Source of the DNA: an uncultured Candidatus Saccharibacteria bacterium | Lineage (GTDB): Bacteria; Patescibacteriota; Minisyncoccia; Phycocordibacterales; CALRHW01 | Direction: 5' to 3' | Length of the DNA stretch: 64,000 bases | NCBI GenBank assembly: GCA_964407105.1 | Contig: CAYOUG010000004.1 | Location: 6,936 to 70,935 of the forward strand | In this document: one piece after another, positions 27,504 through 35,826 of the stretch | Layout: each line of letters opens with the position of its first letter | Numbering within the stretch: position 1 is the stretch's first letter | Made by a program: the position numbers and the translations under genes | Notes under the pieces: model-generated | What the model was told of the DNA's origin: nothing | Database searches by the model: none | Seen by the model: only the letters and a program-made list of their open reading frames with translations

Positions 27504-30035
27504 TTAGTGATTTATCATTTTTTGCTTGTGTTCTTCTGTGTTTAAAAGACCACACTGTTTATATTTTTTTCCACTACCACAAGGACACTGGTCATTACGC
27601 CCAATTTTTTCTCCATTTTTATTTCTCAAAGAAATACTCGCTTCAGATTTAACGCGACTATCACCATCACCCCCACCAATAACCAAAGCTTGATCGTGTA
27701 TTTCTTTTAAATTTTCTGGTTCATTAAAATACATCTCAATGGCAATATTTGGCAAGATTTTTATAATCTCCTGTTCTATCGACATTTCCATATCTTTAAA
27801 AAGTCGAAGTCCTTCTTTTTTGTATTCTACCAATGGATCGCGTTGACCATAAGCACGCAAATTAACACTTGAACGCATATAATCCATAATTTCCAAATGA
27901 TCAATCCAAAACATATCTATTGTTTGAAGTACAACACGACGCACTACGTTTGCAAACGCATCATCGCTAAGATGTTTTGATTTTTCAATAAATAAATCCT
28001 TTTGTTTTTCATCATCAATATTTTCAGTGAGATCTTGAATATATTTTACAAGCTCATCTTTTGTACTAAAAAGCATATCTCGACGACGTTTGTAAACAAT
28101 TTTTCTCTGATGATTTAAAACGTCATCAAATTCAAGCACGTGTTTGCGTGCATCAAAATTAAAACCTTCTATTTTTGTTTGAGCTGATTCAAGTGAACGA
28201 GTAATGAGACTGTTTTGTATTGGTTCATCTTCTGGAATTCCAAAACGTCCCATCAATTTTTTTATTGTATCAGACGCAAAAATACGCATAAGTGAATCCT
28301 CAAGTGAAACAAAAAATTGTGTTTCTCCGGGATCACCCTGACGACCAGATCGCCCTCGAAGCTGATTGTCTATACGTCTAGCATCATGACGCTCGGTACC
28401 AAGAACAAAAAGACCGCCAAGTTTTTTTATCTCTTCAGACTCCTCTACTGTCGCTGGATTACCACCAAGCTTAATGTCCACTCCTCTGCCCGCCATGTTT
28501 GTAGCAATAGTTACCGCATTCTTTTTTCCAGCCTGTGAAATAATTTCTCCCTCCTTTTCGTGGTTTTTCGCATTAAGAAGCTGGTGAATAATTCCTTCCT
28601 GCGACAAATATTTTGAGAGAAGCTCGTTTTTATCAATAGATGCAGTACCTATAAGCACGGGGCGACCATTAGCATTAAGCTCTTTTACTTTTCTGGCCAC
28701 CGCCTTAAACTTTCCTTGTTCTGTTTGAAAAATAAAATCACCTCTATCTGTTCTTTGTGATGGTTTGTGTGTTGGCACAGCAATGGTCTGCAAACCATAA
28801 ACTTTATAAAACTCTTCGGCGGACGTCATAGCAGTACCGGTCATACCAGCAAGTTTTGTGTAAAGACGAAAATAATTTTGAAATGTTATAGACGCAAAAG
28901 TACGAGATTCTTTTTGAATACTTACACCCTCTTTTGCTTCTATGGCTTGATGTAAACCCTCAGACCATCGTCGTCCGGGCTGAAGTCGACCGGTAAATTC
29001 ATCGACGATCACCACCTCTCCGTCGCGTACCACATATTCTGTATCACGTACAAAAAGTGCTTTCGCACGCACGGCCGTTTCAAGATGGTGTACATATTTA
29101 ATACCTCGTTCTGTATAAATATTTTCAACTCCAAGAAGTTTTTCAGCAAAAGTAATACCTTCATCTGTAAGAGAAATGGCTCGCATTTTTTCATCCACAG
29201 TAAAATGAATATCTTTTTGCATTTTTTCTGCAATCCCAGAAAAAACAGTATATAAATTTTCAGAATTAGTTGTGGGTGAAGAAATAATAAGTGGAGTACG
29301 CGCTTCATCAATCAAAATTGAGTCAACTTCGTCGACTATTGCAAAGTTGTGCCCACGTTGTCGCAATTTTGCTGAATCATATTCAATATTGTCACGCAAA
29401 TAATCAAAACCAAATTCATTATTGGTACCATAAGTAATATCAGCTAAGTAAGCTTCTTTACGAGTTACTGGACGTAAAAATTCATATACAACCTTAAAAG
29501 AACCTTTCTCGTCACGCTCGGCATCAAGTTCTTTATGTGATGCATCATACAAAAAAGAACTTTCGTGATTGATAACACCCACGGTCAAACCAAGAAGTGA
29601 ATATATTTGTCCCATCCACGCGGCATCACGCCTTGAAAGATAATCATTAACCGTCACCACGTGCACACCCTTACTAGTAAGTGCATTCAAATATGTTGGA
29701 AGTGTTGCTACAAGTGTTTTTCCTTCACCTGTACGCATTTCTGTGCAACTACCACGATGAAGCATAATGCCTCCTATCATCTGAACGTCAAAATGGCGCT
29801 GGTTTAACGTTCTTTTTGCTGATTCACGCACCACAGCAAAAGCTTCTGGGAGAATATCTTCAAGTGTCTCTCCCTTTTCTAAACGTGCCTTAAATTCATC
29901 TGTTTTTGCTTTTAGTTGGTCGTTTGAAAGAGATAAGATACTGGCTTCAAAATCGTTAATTTGCGCCACTAAAGGAACGATTTTTTTAATCGCTTTGTCA
30001 TTTTGAGAGCCAAAAATTGTATCAACTAAAAACAT
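27504..30035 (-). CDS. secA: Preprotein translocase subunit SecA
   Basis: EMRTGEGKT, VDEVDSILIDEARTPLIIS, QLRGRSGRQGDPG and C-terminal SEC-C motif. Confidence 0.98.
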   Translation of the reverse strand: MFLVDTIFGSQNDKAIKKIVPLVAQINDFEASILSLSNDQLKAKTDEFKARLEKGETLEDILPEAFAVVRESAKRTLNQRHFDVQMIGGIMLHRGSCTEMRTGEGKTLVATLPTYLNALTSKGVHVVTVNDYLSRRDAAWMGQIYSLLGLTVGVINHESSFLYDASHKELDAERDEKGSFKVVYEFLRPVTRKEAYLADITYGTNNEFGFDYLRDNIEYDSAKLRQRGHNFAIVDEVDSILIDEARTPLIISSPTTNSENLYTVFSGIAEKMQKDIHFTVDEKMRAISLTDEGITFAEKLLGVENIYTERGIKYVHHLETAVRAKALFVRDTEYVVRDGEVVIVDEFTGRLQPGRRWSEGLHQAIEAKEGVSIQKESRTFASITFQNYFRLYTKLAGMTGTAMTSAEEFYKVYGLQTIAVPTHKPSQRTDRGDFIFQTEQGKFKAVARKVKELNANGRPVLIGTASIDKNELLSKYLSQEGIIHQLLNAKNHEKEGEIISQAGKKNAVTIATNMAGRGVDIKLGGNPATVEESEEIKKLGGLFVLGTERHDARRIDNQLRGRSGRQGDPGETQFFVSLEDSLMRIFASDTIKKLMGRFGIPEDEPIQNSLITRSLESAQTKIEGFNFDARKHVLEFDDVLNHQRKIVYKRRRDMLFSTKDELVKYIQDLTENIDDEKQKDLFIEKSKHLSDDAFANVVRRVVLQTIDMFWIDHLEIMDYMRSSVNLRAYGQRDPLVEYKKEGLRLFKDMEMSIEQEIIKILPNIAIEMYFNEPENLKEIHDQALVIGGGDGDSRVKSEASISLRNKNGEKIGRNDQCPCGSGKKYKQCGLLNTEEHKQKMINH

Positions 30036-30058
30036 ATCTGTGGGCGTATTCTAACACA

Positions 30059-30094
30059 AAAAAACAATCTCCCAAAATGGAGAGATTGTTTTTT
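30059..30094 (-). terminator. Intrinsic terminator of the small basic-protein gene
   Basis: AAAAAACAATCTC..GAGATTGTTTTTT hairpin just after the stop at 30101. Confidence 0.8.
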
Positions 30095-30100
30095 ATATTA

Positions 30101-30190
30101 CTATCGTCGGCGAGAAGCTTTTCGTTTTGTTGTCTTCTTCGCTTTTTTTGTAGTTCGTTTCTTAGTAGATTTTCGTTTTTTTGCAGCCAT
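30101..30190 (-). CDS. 29-aa Lys/Arg-rich protamine/histone-H1-like microprotein (not in ORF track)
   Basis: MAAKKRKSTKKRTTKKAKKTTKRKASRRR*; has its own terminator and an A-rich leader. Confidence 0.75.
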   Translation of the reverse strand: MAAKKRKSTKKRTTKKAKKTTKRKASRRR

Positions 30191-30306
30191 AGTATTTTTT
30201 TAATTTTTAAAGTGACTTTGTACAACGACCTTTCTCTTACTGACAAAGATTACATATTCATTATCATACAAATATTTTTCAAACACAATAATTTTTTACA
30301 CACATG

Positions 30307-30315
30307 TGTGGATAA
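30307..30315 (-). promoter_or_regulatory. Consensus DnaA box
   Basis: TGTGGATAA, intergenic, upstream of the basic microprotein gene. Confidence 0.5.
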
Positions 30316-30352
30316 CAAATTATTTTATTTTTTTATTAATAAAAAAATAAAA

Positions 30353-31384
30353 TTAAAAACCAAGCATTACAACTTCAGTCTCAAGATTAATGTGTGTATT
30401 TTTTTTCACACAAGCGCGCATTGATTCAGCGAGTTCTAAAATTTCCTGTGCTGTTCCATTACTAAAATTTATTAATACAAGGGGTTGGTGTTCATAAACA
30501 CCCACATTACCCGCACGATATCCTTTATATTTACATACATAATCAAGAATCCATGCAGCAGGAATTTTTTTCTTTCCATCTTGAGTATCAAAAGAAGGCA
30601 TCGTGGGAAACATACCTTTCAACATGTCATGATGATCTGTAGAAATAATTGGATTTTTAAAAAATGAACCAGCTGTACCAAATATCGAAAGATCTGGAAG
30701 TTTTGATTTACGTATAGCAAGCACAGCTTCACGTACTTCTTTGGTTGATGGATTTAATTTGTTATTTTGTGCAAAAAAATCTTTTAAATCTTTATAAGAA
30801 ATATCAGATACACCACCTAAAGAAAGAATGAAAGCGACACGTGTAATAATATATTTTTTTCCTTCATTTTGTTTAAAAATACTGTCTCTATATCCAAATT
30901 TACAATCTTGCGCTTGAAAAATTTTAAAAATCATTGATTCTGTGTCAAAAACCTCAACCCAAGAAAACATATCTTTTATTTCTTTTCCATAAGCGCCAAT
31001 ATTTTGCACAGGCGAAGCTCCCACTGTGCCAGGAATACCAGATAAATTTTCAAAACCAAATAAACCACGTTCAACACTAAGCGCTACCACATCATCCCAA
31101 CGCTCACCAGCACCCACAACAACCTCCACACACCCACCAGAAATAGTGTTCCATTCTACTCCCCTAATTTCCATTTTAAACACAGCCCCAGCAAAACCAT
31201 CGTCTGAAACAAGAATATTTGATCCTTCTCCAAGTACAAACCAAGGAAGTTTTTTTTCACAAACAAAAGTAACGGCTTCAGTAAGTTGGTCTTTAGATTG
31301 AATTGGAATAAAATACTGAGCCTTACCACCAATACGAAATGTAGTATAAAAAGAAAGAGGAACCTGTAACTGCAACGACTTCAT
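30353..31384 (-). CDS. murB: UDP-N-acetylenolpyruvoylglucosamine reductase
   Basis: TFRIGGKA, LGEGSNIL, GIPGTVGASPVQNIGAYG, AGSFFKNP and LETEV motifs. Confidence 0.97.
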   Translation of the reverse strand: MKSLQLQVPLSFYTTFRIGGKAQYFIPIQSKDQLTEAVTFVCEKKLPWFVLGEGSNILVSDDGFAGAVFKMEIRGVEWNTISGGCVEVVVGAGERWDDVVALSVERGLFGFENLSGIPGTVGASPVQNIGAYGKEIKDMFSWVEVFDTESMIFKIFQAQDCKFGYRDSIFKQNEGKKYIITRVAFILSLGGVSDISYKDLKDFFAQNNKLNPSTKEVREAVLAIRKSKLPDLSIFGTAGSFFKNPIISTDHHDMLKGMFPTMPSFDTQDGKKKIPAAWILDYVCKYKGYRAGNVGVYEHQPLVLINFSNGTAQEILELAESMRACVKKNTHINLETEVVMLGF

Positions 31385-31590
31385 ATAGAATCGTATTACA
31401 TCAAATCACGGCCGGCGGTGCAAACTCCAAAACAAATGTCTATGTGAGCGCAATCGCCGGCCACGGCTTGATACAATACGTTCTATTATTATATTGCCAG
31501 ATCAACATAAACGCAAAACCCCACACGAGGTGGGGGCTTACGTAGACATTTGTTTGTTTTGGCGCAAGCACATGCTCACGCTCACAAACA
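31385..31590 (-). ncRNA. Candidate structured RNA element(s) upstream of murB
   Basis: Long imperfect hairpin 31385-31486; its loop is complementary to 31536-31562; small GC hairpin 31519-31535; TTGCGT-N17-TATAAT at 31516-31488. Confidence 0.5.
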
Positions 31591-31644
31591 CAACATTATC
31601 AGTTATTGCAACAAAAGTCAAATAAACGCTGTGTATTGTTTTTG

Positions 31645-33843
31645 CTATGGATTTCTGCCAGCTTTTATTTCTTTGATGTAAAACTCTCCCTGCTCTTTAA
31701 ATTTTACTGGATCAAGAGCAATAAAATCTTCCAAAGTTTTTATCGCTAAGTCGCGCTGTCCCGCCTCAATGTATCCCGCCGCAAGTGACAATCTATACTG
31801 CGGATTAACCGGATTAATTTCAACACGCTTCTTAAGCATTCCGATCATTGTGTCAAATTGTTTTGTTTGTAAAAACAACATAATAGCCTGATCGTTGAAA
31901 ATTAAGGTGTTTGGATCAATGGTAGCAAATAGTTCTTTAGTAAGTGGTATATTGCCATTTTCAAACGCAGACAACGTATACAACAAACGAACCTGTACAA
32001 ATGTTGGATCTAAATCAAACGCTTCTTTCAAAATAGCGAAAGCTTCAGGAAACTTTTTTTGAATTCTGTATACTTCCGCAATTTCAATCAAAATCGATTG
32101 TTTTTTAGGGCTTAGTTTGTTTGCCTCTTTCAAATACTTAAGTGCGTCATCAAACGCACCATAACGTGATAAAAGAGAACCTAGGAAAAGAGCGTAGCGT
32201 GCATCTGGCTCTGGATTTTCATCAATCTGTTTTTTCATTTCCATACTTGCAGCCTCAAACGCTTTCATACGAATATCTTGTGGAACATCTGGTAAATTTA
32301 TACGTTGTGAAAGAAGTACGAGTTGTTCTCGAGCTTCCGCTTTTCCAAATGTGTTATAACCAATAGATCTTTTAAGTGATTCTACATTTTTAAGATAATC
32401 CTTACTACCGTTTGCCTCTGCAGCAAGACCGTCAAGAATTGCCATGTTTGCCTTCATTGGTTTAACGTTTACAAAATACAAAGTACAAAGAGTCGCTAAA
32501 CTCACAAACACAATGATGCTTTGAAAAACTACGGGCGCAACAAGTGGTTTTTGAGATATTAGAGTAGGAGCATCTGACGGTGTTCGTATAGCATAAACAT
32601 ATGCTACAAGTATCATAAAAAGAATATAACTTGTGAGATTATCGAACACAAAAAGATTTTGGAAAAAATAAGCAGAAATTAAACCAGTAAGAAGAGCTTT
32701 GTCTGTAACAGAAAACAATCCTCCACGACCACGCCAAATGTAATAAAGTAATGCGATAAAAATAGAGAGATAAGAAATAAGTCCCAATAATCCTCCAGCA
32801 ATAAGCCAATCTAGTATTACGTTGTGTGTGCGATCAAACCATTGTTCTTGACCCCACATAAGCGGATCATAATTTTTATTAAAAACATAATTAAAATTTT
32901 CCTGACCCCAACCAAGTATTGGTCTTTCTTTAAAACCCTTAATAGCCATTGGCCATATGTAATAACGTCCCTGACTTTTCAAGAAATTTTCAGACAAAGA
33001 AATTTGGGCAAAACGAAGCATGGTTGGACTTTTTTGTACAAAAGCAGTGTCTTTTATAAGAAAAAACGTAAAAATAACCACAACAATCAAACCAATACCA
33101 CCAAATGCAATTTTTCTAAAAACTTTTCTCTCTCGTTCAAAGATGGCTACAAGTATGGTAGCGATACAAAGACCACCAATAAGTCCAAGGAGCGCACCTC
33201 TTGTTTGTGTAAAATACAATAAATAAAGCTGAAGTGCGATACTTAGTCCATAAAGTATTCTTTCGTAAATTTTTCCTGAACGTGCAAGTAAAAACAGTGC
33301 AATAAATATGTGTATCATCAAATAAGCAGCAAAATATGTAGCATTACCAAGTGTTGCATCCAAACGATCAATGCTTTGATGAACCGCTGTTTTACCAAAT
33401 ATTTGTGGTAGACCATAAAACAAACACAAAATAGTATTTGCACCCAAAGCAATATTAAAAAAATAATGCCATAGTTTTTCTGTAGAAATTATCGTTCCGA
33501 GCATCAAGAAATATACGTATAGATGAAGTAGTGTTACCAAACCTTCCATGCGTTCATAGTTACTCCAAAAACTTCTATAAAAATTAACACCGAAAAAATC
33601 TGCGATTGCAATAACTACAACAAAAATACCAAAACTATAAAGTAACCATGATTTCTTGGGTCGATAAGAAACATCTATGAGTGCAAGCAGAATCCACAAA
33701 GCAAAAGCTAGCTCAATAATAATTTTAAAGACAAAACCTTTGGCAGTTATAAATGGAAAGAAAAACTGATTTAGTACTATAAACGGCACAAACAGTGTTG
33801 CACACAAACCGCACAAGATACTGATTTTAAGAACTTTGGTCAT
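31645..33843 (-). CDS. O-antigen ligase/O-oligosaccharyltransferase-like (Wzy_C) protein with TPR tail
   Basis: RLDATLGN, TQTRGA, RYYIW..ERPILGWGQENF..DRTHNVILDWLIAGGLLG; TPR repeats. Confidence 0.88.
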   Translation of the reverse strand: MTKVLKISILCGLCATLFVPFIVLNQFFFPFITAKGFVFKIIIELAFALWILLALIDVSYRPKKSWLLYSFGIFVVVIAIADFFGVNFYRSFWSNYERMEGLVTLLHLYVYFLMLGTIISTEKLWHYFFNIALGANTILCLFYGLPQIFGKTAVHQSIDRLDATLGNATYFAAYLMIHIFIALFLLARSGKIYERILYGLSIALQLYLLYFTQTRGALLGLIGGLCIATILVAIFERERKVFRKIAFGGIGLIVVVIFTFFLIKDTAFVQKSPTMLRFAQISLSENFLKSQGRYYIWPMAIKGFKERPILGWGQENFNYVFNKNYDPLMWGQEQWFDRTHNVILDWLIAGGLLGLISYLSIFIALLYYIWRGRGGLFSVTDKALLTGLISAYFFQNLFVFDNLTSYILFMILVAYVYAIRTPSDAPTLISQKPLVAPVVFQSIIVFVSLATLCTLYFVNVKPMKANMAILDGLAAEANGSKDYLKNVESLKRSIGYNTFGKAEAREQLVLLSQRINLPDVPQDIRMKAFEAASMEMKKQIDENPEPDARYALFLGSLLSRYGAFDDALKYLKEANKLSPKKQSILIEIAEVYRIQKKFPEAFAILKEAFDLDPTFVQVRLLYTLSAFENGNIPLTKELFATIDPNTLIFNDQAIMLFLQTKQFDTMIGMLKKRVEINPVNPQYRLSLAAGYIEAGQRDLAIKTLEDFIALDPVKFKEQGEFYIKEIKAGRNP

Positions 33844-33919
33844 ATTCTGAATTTTAGTTTGTTAATAATGACAAATTAATGACTAAATAACTATAACCCA
33901 CAATCAACCTAATGGAAAA

Positions 33920-35815
33920 TCACAGGGATTGTATTTTTGTGACCAATGAATCACAGTCAAAACCGTAGTACGCGAGTGTTTCGTGGTTTAAACCACAAAC
34001 AGGTACCTCTGTTAAACCAAAAGAAATTACTGTTGGAAAATCTTTCTTTTGCGCACACTTAGCAGAAAAAACGTTGCCCTGACCAAATAAAACATAATGA
34101 TTATCAAATGTGACAATTTTTTTATATTTTGCAAGATTTTTTTCAAACCAATTATCATTTAATTTATTGAGCCAAGGAAAATTAAACACAGCAACAGAAA
34201 CGCCTTTTTGTTCAAGTTTTGTAGCAGCTTTGTATATTTCTGAAAGCATAATTGGCCCATAGGAAATAATCGCAAGATCTTTTCCCTCTTTTAAACAAGT
34301 TCCCTCTCCCTCTTCAAATCGAGCTTCTGGTGGTAACCTAAAGGGTATATCGTATGGTATAGAAACCAATCTTATATAAGTACTATTTTTATTTTTTTCA
34401 ACTGCCCAACGTATAGCTTTTCTGGTTTCTTCTTCATTACAAGGCTCAATTAAAGTAAGTTTGGGAATTGAACCGAGACATGAAATATCTCGGACAGATT
34501 GGTGAGAATGCCCTGGACCAGAAGGCAACATTCCAGCCAAAGAACCCACATAAATGATTTTTGTCTGTTCTGTAGCGTTGTTATAAATTTGTTCATTTGG
34601 ACGAGTAGAAAGAAAACAAGCAAACGAGTGAACCACCGGAAGCATATTTTTTATTGCAAATCCACCAGCTTGAGATACCATGTCTTGCTCGGCAATACCA
34701 CACTCTACAAATCTTTCAGGAAATTTATTTTTAAATGGAATAAGTCCGGTATCAAGCACAAGATCAGCATCTAAAGCAACAATATCTTTTCTTTCTTCAG
34801 CTATTTTCAAAAGTTCATCACCGTATGCAGAAACTAATTTTTCTGGATTTGATGCAGTTATTTTTACAGGTCGTTCTACTTCTTCTATTACAAGAGTCGG
34901 TAATGAGTAATCTAAAAAATATTTTTGTATTCTTTGAATAATTTCTTCAATTCCTTTTTTGTACAATTCCACACTTGGTGCACCACTATGAAATTTGTAA
35001 TATCCGTCATCAGACATAAGTTCCATAAAAGAAACACCCGCTCCTTTCTTTGTATCAGCAATAATAATCTGTGGGCGGTCTTTTATTGTTTTTGAATAAG
35101 CAATACTGTCTCTTATAGATTCAAAAGAATGTCCATCACATTTAGATACAGCCCAACCAAATGATGCAAATTTCTTTTCAAGATCACCCAGATCACTTAC
35201 TGATTCTACATAAGTGTCTGATTGAATTTTGTTATGATCAACAATAACAGTTATTTCAAAAAGTTTTTCGTTTGCCGCTTGCTGAAGAGATTCCCAAATC
35301 TGACCCTCCTGAAGTTCTCCATCACCAGTCAAAACAAAAAACCTGCCTTCTTTACCATTTAAACGATTTGCCTTCAACATCCCCTTTGCTTTTGAAATAC
35401 CCATTCCTAGTGGTCCGGTATTTGTAATTAAAAATGGAATTGTAATGTCTGGGTGGCCTGGTAAACCACCAAGTCGTCTTAATTGTTTTAAATATGTACT
35501 ATCAAGTTTTCCTAGACCAATCAATAAAGAATACAAACCCGGAACATCATGTCCTTTTGAAGAAAAATATGTATCAGAATTGTTTTCCTTTCCGTTTGGA
35601 TTATTTAATTCTTCTGTCCAAAGCCAAGTAATAATATCCATTGCGCTAAAACTTGATCCAATATGACCAGATCCAGCGTACATGATCATGGAAAGGGTGT
35701 TGAATCTAAAAATATCAGATAAGATACTTGCTCTTTTTATTGGATCAGACACACCAGCAATCACTTTCTGAGTTTCTGATGGCGGAATAAAACAAATATT
35801 TTTTTCTAAATTCAT
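33920..35815 (-). CDS. Transketolase-like TPP enzyme (fused N and C domains)
   Basis: GSGHIGSSFS, SKGHD, TGDGELQEGQIWE and ECGIAEQDM motifs. Confidence 0.9.
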   Translation of the reverse strand: MNLEKNICFIPPSETQKVIAGVSDPIKRASILSDIFRFNTLSMIMYAGSGHIGSSFSAMDIITWLWTEELNNPNGKENNSDTYFSSKGHDVPGLYSLLIGLGKLDSTYLKQLRRLGGLPGHPDITIPFLITNTGPLGMGISKAKGMLKANRLNGKEGRFFVLTGDGELQEGQIWESLQQAANEKLFEITVIVDHNKIQSDTYVESVSDLGDLEKKFASFGWAVSKCDGHSFESIRDSIAYSKTIKDRPQIIIADTKKGAGVSFMELMSDDGYYKFHSGAPSVELYKKGIEEIIQRIQKYFLDYSLPTLVIEEVERPVKITASNPEKLVSAYGDELLKIAEERKDIVALDADLVLDTGLIPFKNKFPERFVECGIAEQDMVSQAGGFAIKNMLPVVHSFACFLSTRPNEQIYNNATEQTKIIYVGSLAGMLPSGPGHSHQSVRDISCLGSIPKLTLIEPCNEEETRKAIRWAVEKNKNSTYIRLVSIPYDIPFRLPPEARFEEGEGTCLKEGKDLAIISYGPIMLSEIYKAATKLEQKGVSVAVFNFPWLNKLNDNWFEKNLAKYKKIVTFDNHYVLFGQGNVFSAKCAQKKDFPTVISFGLTEVPVCGLNHETLAYYGFDCDSLVTKIQSL

Positions 35816-35826
35816 ATGTTTATTTT

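Noticed and set aside
30017-30424. Track ORFs 30017-30424 (+) and 30022-30246 (-)
   Set aside because: Both run through the terminator hairpin and overlap neighbouring genes; the 29-aa frame explains the region better.
31385-31486. SRP (4.5S) RNA
   Set aside because: The size and hairpin shape fit, but the conserved domain IV motif (CAGG..GNRA..AGCA) is absent on both strands.
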